From: Candidatus Poseidoniaceae archaeon
GTDB lineage: Archaea > Thermoplasmatota > Poseidoniia > Poseidoniales > Poseidoniaceae
Length of the DNA: 64,000 nt
Assembly: GCA_965662895.1 (NCBI GenBank)
Contig: CBFIJH010000003.1
Location: 61,150 to 125,149 of the forward strand
Direction of reading: 5' to 3'
Part shown: piece after piece, positions 18,480 through 27,020 of the stretch
Position numbering within the stretch: the stretch's first letter is position 1
How the letters are laid out: every line of letters starts with the position of its first letter
Made by a program: the position numbers and the translations under genes
Notes under the pieces: model-generated
What the model was told of the DNA's origin: nothing
Databases searched by the model: none
Seen by the model: only the letters and a program-made list of their open reading frames with translations

Positions 18480-20816
18480 TCATGGCTTCGCACCAATTGC
18501 ACTTTTCAATTCGATATGATGGATTCTGAGACCCGTCGAATCTAGAATCTGTGCATTTCTTCCTGAGAATCCCAATGGATTGATCCATGTGGTTCCACTT
18601 TCAATCAATTCGACACCAATGTCCATGGTGGAATTGAGTTCGACGTTCATGCAATCATGATGCCATCCCGGGTATTCTTCCACGTTCATCGATTGTCCAT
18701 TGATGTTGAATTCGTACGAATTAAAATCACCAATTTGTTCGTAAAGAATGCACACGTTTTGCATACCTTGTACAGACGTCTGATTCACAACATTCTCCCA
18801 AAAATAGGTGCCTTTTTGATCAAGAACAATTCGTTCGTCTCCACGGTTGAGAGGGTCATGAAACCGATGGTTACGCCACGGGTCTTGTTCCAGTGCGCAT
18901 CCTTTCAACTGTTCACAAATCGAAGTATTGAGCACTGTCGTGATGATGACACGGGAAGGCGATGGTTCATCCCACAACTTCCAGAACCTTGCCCCATGAA
19001 ACGATTGTTCAACGCTCCAGTACGGTGAAGGTCCGAGTGTGAGCGCAAGGGTCCCTATTGGGCTGGAAACTGCGTGGCCTATCTTCAGTGAACGTAATGT
19101 TTGGACGTCATCCACTCGGATGGCAGTGGTTGCTGCTGATTGTACAGTTTCATCAAGTGTAAGTAAGCCCAACGATGGAACGCTTGTGGTCTTCAATGAT
19201 GGGTCAAATCCGTAACTGTGTCCCCAATGGACGTTTTCTGAGTACACAAATCCATCCGGAGGATAAGCTGAGAGATACTCCCTAAGTTCGGCATCACCAT
19301 AAGCGGTTGCATGGAGTTCATCATGTGTCGATAGGTTCACGAGCAAACCAACGCTCAAAACAGATCCGAGCATGAGACCTACGAGAACGATCGAACTGAA
19401 CAACGGTCGAATGTATGGGTCCATCTCCAAGCCAAACCATGAGCTCGTGTCACCAATGGTCGTAAGGGACGTCGATCGGCTTGCCATAAGCCCGACAACC
19501 ACTGCGAGAGGTATGTGATAAGCATGCAATGCCATGGAATAAAGGGTGTACGATAAGAGGCTGAGAACCTGAATGTTTGCTAACCCTTCAATGAGGTGGA
19601 CGAATGAGAGCATCCAAATTGCAAGAAACCAGATTGAAAGCAAGCGAATCTCGAAACTTTTTCGACCAAGGAATACCGAAACGCCGGCGAAGAGCATCAG
19701 TGGACCGTTGAACATCAGCATAGGTTTTCCACCTTGCCAACCATATTCTGCGAAAACGGGTTCATTCAGCATCCGTGGTGCAAAGAAAATGAGTGCAATG
19801 ACGAACATCGAAGTCACAATGATGATCGATGTCAGGAAAATTGGTTTTCGTTGAACCTTTTCATCTTCCGACAGACGGTTTTGAACGACCAAACTTGCAA
19901 ACAGCAAGGCTGCAAGATAGATAGCTCCCGTTGGATGGATAAGCACAGTACAAAACGCAAGGAAGATGAACACGAGAATGTGATACTGCATTGATTGTTG
20001 AAGAGGTCGAAGCACGATAAGCAAACCAACAATCAAGCCCAATTGGCTCGTTACAGTTGGGTATCCTGAATCAAACACTTTTGCAAACAAAGCAAACGAA
20101 GCACCCATGGCAAGAACACTTGATGCTCCTGCTCCTAGACGATCCATACTTCCCCAAATTCCGAGCAACAATGCGAACAGAGAAAGATGACCAAGAAGAA
20201 GAATTGCTTGTTCAATTTCGGCGGAAGTAATGTGCTCCACCCATGCTAAAACTGTCGGAAATGCGGGTGGATAGGTCCAAAGGCCAGAATTCGGTGGTTG
20301 AACTTCAAATGTTCCAGTGTGCCCAACATTGGTTGCAAGGGTGCTGAACCCAATCCAATCAACACCAAAGGGTCGCTCAAAGATAAAAATCGGGACAAGT
20401 GTTAGCAAACAAAAACAACCAGCAAGAATTTGTAAGACTGGATTGCGATTGTTTTGAAACCATTGTTGTGCAGCAACTTCTTGCTCAATTTCAGGCTCAG
20501 TTTCGCTCAAGACAACGCCATGAATCGCAGCCTCCATTTTCTGCCATTGGGTGTACGTTGTCCGTTCTGAATGGACCTTGCGGGACAAAAATCCTATGGA
20601 GGCGAGATTCAGTAGAAGGATGGTTATGGTAAGATTTGAAGGACTCCATAACTGTACAACGTAGAGGAATCCCGAGGTGCCGAACAGTGCAAGTAAACCA
20701 AGCGGGAAGCATAACAATGCTCTACGGAAGAGATCTGCAGAAGCATCGAGAATTCGCGTCAATGCTAGACCTGGTGCGAGTGTGGGGAGAAGAATTACCA
20801 ACGCCACGTCCCACAT
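18480..20816 (-). CDS. Polytopic membrane protein, possible GT-C fold glycosyltransferase
   Basis: Many TM helices, luminal GVDWIGF...YPPAFP loop and a soluble C-terminal domain. Lies directly upstream of the GT2 gene. Confidence 0.6.
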   Translation of the reverse strand: MWDVALVILLPTLAPGLALTRILDASADLFRRALLCFPLGLLALFGTSGFLYVVQLWSPSNLTITILLLNLASIGFLSRKVHSERTTYTQWQKMEAAIHGVVLSETEPEIEQEVAAQQWFQNNRNPVLQILAGCFCLLTLVPIFIFERPFGVDWIGFSTLATNVGHTGTFEVQPPNSGLWTYPPAFPTVLAWVEHITSAEIEQAILLLGHLSLFALLLGIWGSMDRLGAGASSVLAMGASFALFAKVFDSGYPTVTSQLGLIVGLLIVLRPLQQSMQYHILVFIFLAFCTVLIHPTGAIYLAALLFASLVVQNRLSEDEKVQRKPIFLTSIIIVTSMFVIALIFFAPRMLNEPVFAEYGWQGGKPMLMFNGPLMLFAGVSVFLGRKSFEIRLLSIWFLAIWMLSFVHLIEGLANIQVLSLLSYTLYSMALHAYHIPLAVVVGLMASRSTSLTTIGDTSSWFGLEMDPYIRPLFSSIVLVGLMLGSVLSVGLLVNLSTHDELHATAYGDAELREYLSAYPPDGFVYSENVHWGHSYGFDPSLKTTSVPSLGLLTLDETVQSAATTAIRVDDVQTLRSLKIGHAVSSPIGTLALTLGPSPYWSVEQSFHGARFWKLWDEPSPSRVIITTVLNTSICEQLKGCALEQDPWRNHRFHDPLNRGDERIVLDQKGTYFWENVVNQTSVQGMQNVCILYEQIGDFNSYEFNINGQSMNVEEYPGWHHDCMNVELNSTMDIGVELIESGTTWINPLGFSGRNAQILDSTGLRIHHIELKSAIGAKP

Positions 20817-20825
20817 GATTCGATG

Positions 20826-20861
20826 CTTGATGATGCATCACATCAAGTTCATGCATGAACT
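20826..20861. promoter_or_regulatory. Two adjacent ATGCAT-centred palindromes in a divergent promoter
   Basis: CTTGATG-ATGCATCA-CATCAAG (20826-20847) and the perfect 16-bp AGTTCATGCATGAACT (20846-20861). Confidence 0.4.
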
Positions 20862-20888
20862 CATAGGGGTGAATCCCTTCTTAGGGCT

Positions 20889-21503
20889 ATGTGGGGTTCA
20901 CCAGATTTGGCAGGAACCGGCGAAAATCAATTTCATCCGATTGTTCAACTTCCTGATGAGTACTGGGTGCTCAACCTCCAAAGGCCACAAGGCGATTGGG
21001 ACCAACAGTTTGAGGTGACGATTGGACGTTACGATGAGGACAGAAAAGGCATGTACACACAAGCATTGTTTGGAGGCGAACGCACGCTTCATGTTGGTCT
21101 TGATATCGGCGCTCCCGCATCGACTCCGGTTTTTGCTTTCGAGGATGGAACAATTCACAGTTTTGCCGACAACGATGCGGATGGTTCCTATGGTCCATCG
21201 ATAATTACAGAACACCGTATTTCAATCGATGGGGTTGAACAACAGTTGTGGGTTCTGCTGGGTCATCTATCGCGTTCTTCGTTGCACGACCTTGAAATCG
21301 GAACAGCATTTCGAAAAGGTGACCAACTCGCAATCATGGGTCATGAGCATGAGAATGGTGGTTGGCCTCCACACGTCCATATCCAACTCTCATTGTTTGA
21401 ACCAACCAAACCTGATCTTGAAGGGGTCGTTCGTCCAGAAGATCGAGAACAAGCTTTGCTTCGATATCCTGATCCAAGAAACATCCTAGGTCGACTGTAT
21501 TGA
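20889..21503 (+). CDS. M23 family metallopeptidase-like protein without signal peptide (actually + strand; track label wrong)
   Basis: ATG TGG GGT at 20889 on the + strand. HVGLD (HxxxD), GHLS and PHVHIQ (HxH) motifs. Confidence 0.88.
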   Translation: MWGSPDLAGTGENQFHPIVQLPDEYWVLNLQRPQGDWDQQFEVTIGRYDEDRKGMYTQALFGGERTLHVGLDIGAPASTPVFAFEDGTIHSFADNDADGSYGPSIITEHRISIDGVEQQLWVLLGHLSRSSLHDLEIGTAFRKGDQLAIMGHEHENGGWPPHVHIQLSLFEPTKPDLEGVVRPEDREQALLRYPDPRNILGRLY

Positions 21504-22592
21504 AGCCTTATCGTCGAGGAATGCTTTGAGCGATCGAATTGGTCGTATTGCTGCAGGGTCTTTTCCGTGCAAGAATCCGAGTGCAATGGTTAACCAATCC
21601 ATGACGATACAATGGTGCAAAAGGGCCTCCAAGAGAGACGACCCTTCCCCATGAATTTTCCAAGCATAATCGGTTGGTGTATGCTCAATCATCCAATCGA
21701 TGCGACTGCGGACGCGTTGATGTAGTCCATCCCATGTTAAGAACAACGTTGCTTGATTGCTTCGAGCGGGGTCGGCATCTTCGGACACTCCGCCCCATGC
21801 GACGAGTTCATTGTGATTCATTTCAGGAATGACGCCGATCCGCGCAAATCTACCAGCATTCTCATTTAATTGATTCTTAAACCGAATCAAAACAGGATGC
21901 AGTTCTGTCGGTCCGAGCAATGAAATCGGATGCTCTCTCATGGCCATTGCAAGGTCGAGGAGAGGAGCTCCTGATGGTTTTCGAAAATCGTTGCTCTGAC
22001 AGGCGTATTCCAGTCGGACAAACATTGCCTCGCGCTCCTCAGGAGATTGTTGGGGAAGGAATCCAAGATACTCAATCACTGCGAGTTGACGTGAAAAGAG
22101 GTGCCCGAAAGCGGTACGAGGTGGTTGCCCACCAATGGAGGAAATCAGATGGCAATCGTCGTACAATTCACACAGGCCTGCAAGCATCCCTCCGGTCGTG
22201 ATAACCACTGCTGTCGCTCCTTGTTTCAATGCAGATTCAGTCGCTGCAAAGGTTTCCTCGGTGTTGCCACTGTGTGAGGTTGAGAGAACCAACCACTCTT
22301 CAGTCCACCACGACGGCAACCCATATTCTCTGTGAACAACAAACGGTATCGACCCATTTGCATCAGAGAGTCGGGCGAGAAAATCTCCTCCTGCAGCCGA
22401 TCCGCCCATTCCTAAGCAGAGAATACCGCTCCATTTTTTCTGTTTCAGGTTCACCAGCCAGGGAAGGTGTTGTTCGTTCACAACTGTGAATCCTTTTTCG
22501 AGATCGCTCACAAAGGATTCTGTGCAACCAATCATATTCTCTGAATCCAATTTCTTGATCAAATCATCGATACTGGAGGCATCGTCGTCCAT
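21486..22592 (-). CDS. Bifunctional phosphoglucose/phosphomannose isomerase (SIS domain)
   Basis: GMGGSA, SHSGNTEET, PPRTA, QLNENA and PEMNHNE motifs. Confidence 0.9.
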   Translation of the reverse strand: MDDDASSIDDLIKKLDSENMIGCTESFVSDLEKGFTVVNEQHLPWLVNLKQKKWSGILCLGMGGSAAGGDFLARLSDANGSIPFVVHREYGLPSWWTEEWLVLSTSHSGNTEETFAATESALKQGATAVVITTGGMLAGLCELYDDCHLISSIGGQPPRTAFGHLFSRQLAVIEYLGFLPQQSPEEREAMFVRLEYACQSNDFRKPSGAPLLDLAMAMREHPISLLGPTELHPVLIRFKNQLNENAGRFARIGVIPEMNHNELVAWGGVSEDADPARSNQATLFLTWDGLHQRVRSRIDWMIEHTPTDYAWKIHGEGSSLLEALLHHCIVMDWLTIALGFLHGKDPAAIRPIRSLKAFLDDKASIQST

Positions 22593-22635
22593 GGTTCTGA
22601 GAAAGGCCTGACCTTCATATGGGCTCCTATGCGAA

Positions 22636-23703
22636 TCAGTCGTCAAGGCCCATCTCATGCAACGCAATGAACTCCCCATCGATTCGAGCTAGTCGAAGTT
22701 GGGGGGCACCATCGTAATCCCATGGTAGTCGAACAGAGGTCATGTTCCAGGTGTTTGGGTCGAGAAATTCTGCCGCTGAGTCGTCCCGATTTAGGATATC
22801 AACAATCAGATGGTCTTTCATTTGTGCGAGAACATTTGCTCCCTCGAGGTCTCTCCATGATGCACCGGTTCGTTCTTGCCGAGAAATGCGTTCCATGATG
22901 GCTCCATCCTTGCTCCAAGAACTAGGTCGCCAAAGATCACCTCTCCATCGAACAACATCGCCAAGATCGTAGCCTGGTTTTCGATAGAGTAGTGTGAGTC
23001 GTGTAACATCAACACCGTCTTTTCGTCCGACCGTTGAATTGGTTTCGGTGACTTGACCGCCCCACGTTTCCGTCAAGTGTCGCCCCCATGCACGGGCTAA
23101 GCCTTTCGAGCCCATGACAACGTCGTAACCTCCTGTTACCGGTCCTTCATTGGTGATGAAGAACATTGGATCATCACTCAGATTTTCGATAACATCATCA
23201 AGGCTCGCTCGTAGATTGTTCAATTCATCATCAGCGAGTTTGCGGCCTGTTGAACGAAGTTGAACGGTTGCTTCGAAGTAATTCCCAGCTCGTCGTGTGC
23301 AGGTGAGACAAACACCATTTGACCGGCGCGCACGCATCGTCTGTTCTTGCGTGTACAGTAAATCGTCAATGACCCCTTCAATTTGCATGTGGAGCAACGT
23401 GTGTCGGTCAGAAACGACCTGCGGCTCGAAACCGAGGCCGATCTCTTCTGCACGTGCATGAAATTCGACGTTGCGTTGAATCAATTCATCCCACAATGTG
23501 TCGTCTGGAATGTTGACCCACCGTCCTTGAATATCGATGAGGCCGCAGCGTGCACACTGCGTGAAGTTGGTGTTTTCAGGTACGATGGCAAGTTTGGTCC
23601 GCTTCCGAGTGCACGCTTCGCACATTCGGTCGGTAAAGAGTGGTGGTCCACTTCCGCAAACGAGACAAAAGTCGCCCCCCAGTCCTTGATTCATTGGACT
23701 CAC
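22636..23703 (-). CDS. nmd3: NMD3 family ribosome biogenesis protein
   Basis: CxxC pairs (CLVC, CEAC, CARC, CLTC) and GNYFEATVQLR. Confidence 0.88.
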   Translation of the reverse strand: MSPMNQGLGGDFCLVCGSGPPLFTDRMCEACTRKRTKLAIVPENTNFTQCARCGLIDIQGRWVNIPDDTLWDELIQRNVEFHARAEEIGLGFEPQVVSDRHTLLHMQIEGVIDDLLYTQEQTMRARRSNGVCLTCTRRAGNYFEATVQLRSTGRKLADDELNNLRASLDDVIENLSDDPMFFITNEGPVTGGYDVVMGSKGLARAWGRHLTETWGGQVTETNSTVGRKDGVDVTRLTLLYRKPGYDLGDVVRWRGDLWRPSSWSKDGAIMERISRQERTGASWRDLEGANVLAQMKDHLIVDILNRDDSAAEFLDPNTWNMTSVRLPWDYDGAPQLRLARIDGEFIALHEMGLDD

Positions 23704-23858
23704 TCCTTTTCGTTTCGACGTATCAACATGTATTGTTCAACGGCTTCAATCCGGTTCTCAAGATCGTTGCTCCTCGAGAAAACCGTCCATGTCCATAGGC
23801 CAATCGCAATGAGCATGCCGAGGTAAGCTACGGCAAGATACGTCATACCTTCCGCCAT
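23700..23858 (-). CDS. CcmD-like small membrane protein (52 aa)
   Basis: Own translation: MAEGMTYLAVAYLGMLIAIGLWTWTVFSRSNDLENRIEAVEQYMLIRRNEKE*. Single TM with YL..AY, then a charged helix. Starts 2 nt after the ccmC stop. Confidence 0.72.
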   Translation of the reverse strand: MAEGMTYLAVAYLGMLIAIGLWTWTVFSRSNDLENRIEAVEQYMLIRRNEKE

Positions 23859-23860
23859 GA

Positions 23861-24559
23861 TTACACCTCATCCATCGCTTCTTGAATCCTTTCCAATTTT
23901 TGTTCAAACGACGTAATTCTCATGCTCATCAAGATGTGGCCTACAATGAAGGTCGTAAATGACACTGCTCCAAACAGCAGAATCAGGGCCATTTCACTGT
24001 TCAAACTTCCACTTTCTCCCCCTCCAATCACCGGGCCTGGATGTCGGATTTGCCATAGACGAGTTGCGACGTATGTCACAGGAACGAGAACAAAACCAAA
24101 CAATCCAAAAGTTGCGAACGTGTCTCTTGTTTCAACACCATCAGGTTGAGATTGCCGTCCGAGGACAAGGAACAACGCCAAAAATGTCAGCAATCCGAAG
24201 GTGTTCAATCGCACATCGGTCCAATCCCATGGAACTCCCCATTCTGCTGCGCCCCAAACCATTCCACTCCATACGGTCATTAGTCCGGTTGCTAATCCTG
24301 CCTCAGCCCCTGCAACGTGCATTCTCCAGCCGAGATTGGAACGTTTGAAAAACCAAAGTGCGGATCCAACAAAAAGAAATCCAAATGCAATGAATGCTGA
24401 CCATGCTGCAGGGACATGCCAATAAAAAATGCGTTGCGCATCTGGAGATTCGAAAGCGTTGATGGATACGCTCGGTGCTTTCAGAAATGCTAGGCCAAGC
24501 GTGACCCCGATTCCTACGAATCCGAGCAAAAGAATCACCTCTGCGAGTCGCTTGGTCAT
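23861..24559 (-). CDS. ccmC: Heme handling protein CcmC
   Basis: FYWHVPAAW, WWD-like WGAAEWGVPWDWTDVRL, and IRHPG. Confidence 0.9.
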   Translation of the reverse strand: MTKRLAEVILLLGFVGIGVTLGLAFLKAPSVSINAFESPDAQRIFYWHVPAAWSAFIAFGFLFVGSALWFFKRSNLGWRMHVAGAEAGLATGLMTVWSGMVWGAAEWGVPWDWTDVRLNTFGLLTFLALFLVLGRQSQPDGVETRDTFATFGLFGFVLVPVTYVATRLWQIRHPGPVIGGGESGSLNSEMALILLFGAVSFTTFIVGHILMSMRITSFEQKLERIQEAMDEV

Positions 24560-24597
24560 AACGCATCCACTGAATCACTTGTTTTGAAGAATTGCAT

Positions 24598-25830
24598 TTA
24601 CAACAAGTTTGAATCTGTAATCCATTGGACCAGTAATGCAAATGGTAGAATTAAAATTGGAGTAAGAATTCTTGTAAATGCAGCTCTCGGGCGTGCCAAT
24701 CGAGACGTTGCCAGATCAACCCATCGAAGAATTCCCATGGTGATTGCCGTTAACATGCCGCCAAGAACGGTCAAAACCCAGGATATCTCATCGTCAAATC
24801 CCAACTGCGTTAGTGCGGTCAAACCCGAGCCAAGAAGGAGTGCGTGTATGTACGAATGGGGAATACCTTGGCGATGAGATTTCCACCAGTCCAATGCGCG
24901 ATGTTCGTGCAACATTGCAACCATGTTATCGCCGACGAGTCCTGCTGCAAATGCCGCACTCAGGTAGAGTCCAGATGTCTGGATGAGATTTGAATCAACT
25001 GCGGATGGTTCGACAAGAGCCAACAGAATGCCGAGCGTTAGGAATCCTGCGATTCCATTGCTTGCAAGCGTTGCGAGCGTCCTTTGATTGAGAGCGAGTC
25101 CTGTGCGTAGCGCTGTGTTGTTTTTCGCGGTGGTTGTTTTGAAAATTCGCTCATCACGTTGTCCGAGATCGAACTCAGTGTTTTCAACCAATTCATCCGA
25201 TGCAAAGATGTGCGTTGCACATTTCATGAACACAGCATGATGACTCGCCAAGAGAATACAATTGCCACGTTCTCTGAGTTCTTCCAAATCTTCAACGAGT
25301 AAGAGACGCGAATCTTCATCCAAACCTGCTGCAGGCTCGTCCAGAAACAACAACCGAGGCTCGGTTCCAACAAAACCAGGTAAAATTCCTGCGAGCATTG
25401 CTACCTTTCTGCGCTGTCCTCCCGACAAATGAGCAATGAGGTCGTGTCTGCGATGAGCGAGATTGTAACGACGCAGCCAATCGTCAATTTCAATCCGTCC
25501 TCCAGCGAGATCAAGGGCATTCAAAATATGCTCTTCAACCCGTTGACTTCCAATGCATGAGTCCGATTGCAATGTAAGCCCAAAGGCTCTTTTGGCACGT
25601 TTTGTTCGACCACTCGAATCAATGATTGGTTCACCGTAATGACGTATTTCACCGGTTTCGAGTGGGAGAATGCCTGCTGATGCCTCAAGAATTGTTGATT
25701 TTCCAGCTCCGTTCTTTTCGTTCAAAAGAATGAGCTGACCTGTTGTGCATATCATGTTGAGATTCTTCAACACAGTTGAGGAACCTCGACGCACGGAGAC
25801 GTCCTTGAGTGACAAGAGCACCTCGCCCAT
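24598..25830 (-). CDS. CcmA-like ABC ATPase fused to a CcmB-like TM domain
   Basis: N-terminal ABC domain (EKNGAGKST, LSGGQRRK, LDEP, ASHH) plus a C-terminal multi-TM domain. Upstream of ccmC; TTCATT at -29. Confidence 0.72.
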   Translation of the reverse strand: MGEVLLSLKDVSVRRGSSTVLKNLNMICTTGQLILLNEKNGAGKSTILEASAGILPLETGEIRHYGEPIIDSSGRTKRAKRAFGLTLQSDSCIGSQRVEEHILNALDLAGGRIEIDDWLRRYNLAHRRHDLIAHLSGGQRRKVAMLAGILPGFVGTEPRLLFLDEPAAGLDEDSRLLLVEDLEELRERGNCILLASHHAVFMKCATHIFASDELVENTEFDLGQRDERIFKTTTAKNNTALRTGLALNQRTLATLASNGIAGFLTLGILLALVEPSAVDSNLIQTSGLYLSAAFAAGLVGDNMVAMLHEHRALDWWKSHRQGIPHSYIHALLLGSGLTALTQLGFDDEISWVLTVLGGMLTAITMGILRWVDLATSRLARPRAAFTRILTPILILPFALLVQWITDSNLL

Positions 25831-25906
25831 ACCCAATCCACAACCCTCCCATGAATGAATGCTGCGTCAGGACAAGACCCTTAGTTTGGTAAACGTTGGG
25901 AGGGCC

Positions 25907-26953
25907 ATGGGCCAACTGTATCTTTCGACATTTGGCTCCAGTGAGTGGGTTTTTCTCATTCTTTGGTTCGGTGCAGTCGCAGCCCCTATCGCTTACTCTT
26001 TTCGAAACAAGACCCCAATTGCATTAGGAATCTCAGTTGGGCTTTTGTTGGGTTACATTGTTCAGTACGCATTTGTTGTGTTTGTTTCATACGGTTTTGA
26101 ATTCAAATTCGTATGGTTTGATTTCTGGTTAATCCCTTCTCGATTGGATTCGCCAAGTCATCTTCATACAATTTTCACTGCTGGTTTCCTTCACAGTATG
26201 AACGACGTAACCCACGTATTGGGCAATGTTTTGGTCATTGCACTGGTAGGAATTCCGCTTGAGCAACGATTGGGTACAAAGCGATTCACGTTCATCTATG
26301 TTGCAGGATTGCTCGGTGGTTCTGTAGCATGGGTGCTTTTCAACGGTGGATCAAATACCCCGTCGTGGGGTGCTTCCGGGGCGGCATACGGTTTGCTGGG
26401 GGCGTATCTTGCAGGCTGGCCAAGGGATGAAATCCCATTCCCATTGATTCTGATACGACCGTGGCCGGTAACGATAATCGCGTTGTTTTACTTCGGGTTT
26501 GAGTTGATTCGAGCATTCAACACTGTTGGGCTGGGAGGTTATTCCACAGTGGCACACATGGCTCACATCGGGGGTTTTGTTCTCGCCTATGCTCTCTTGC
26601 CGCTCGCTGCAAAAGGTGGACCTTATCCGCTTGGCGTGATTGATGGTGGACCGAAAGGTTTCGGAAACGGAAGAGCCGGATTTGAACAAATGAAATCATC
26701 GATGGTTGATTTATCGTCGATGGAGGACCCGTGGACTGAACTCGGCCTTGAAGTACCGAAAAATTTGCGCGAGCCACTGCAGAAATTGAAGGAAGCTGGC
26801 GATGAAGCAGAAACACGTATTGCTTGGATGGAACACATTGCAGAAGCAGGGGATTGCCCCGTATGTCTTGCCCCCCTTGGAATGGTTGAACGACGGACAG
26901 GTCCTCAACTCCAATGCTCCAAAGAACCGAAACATTTGGCTTGGCCAAAATAG
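25907..26953 (+). CDS. Rhomboid intramembrane serine protease with C-terminal Zn-finger-like tail
   Basis: FLH..HVLGN, GASGA, AHMAHIGG and C-terminal CPVC...C...H. Confidence 0.9.
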   Translation: MGQLYLSTFGSSEWVFLILWFGAVAAPIAYSFRNKTPIALGISVGLLLGYIVQYAFVVFVSYGFEFKFVWFDFWLIPSRLDSPSHLHTIFTAGFLHSMNDVTHVLGNVLVIALVGIPLEQRLGTKRFTFIYVAGLLGGSVAWVLFNGGSNTPSWGASGAAYGLLGAYLAGWPRDEIPFPLILIRPWPVTIIALFYFGFELIRAFNTVGLGGYSTVAHMAHIGGFVLAYALLPLAAKGGPYPLGVIDGGPKGFGNGRAGFEQMKSSMVDLSSMEDPWTELGLEVPKNLREPLQKLKEAGDEAETRIAWMEHIAEAGDCPVCLAPLGMVERRTGPQLQCSKEPKHLAWPK

Positions 26954-27020
26954 GTTCAATTCGCTGAGTTCAACAAACACTCAAGCGATAGCATCAAAAT
27001 ATATCGATTTGTGGTCAGGA

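Noticed and set aside
20889-21503. ORF track lists this gene on the minus strand
   Set aside because: The listed protein (MWGSPDL...LGRLY) reads directly from the + strand, from ATG 20889 to TGA 21503.
26802-27020. N-terminal extensions in the track (subtilase; also mvk 45796-45984 and PGI/PMI 22593-22679)
   Set aside because: They overlap neighbouring genes, and family homology or the signal peptide begins at downstream ATGs.
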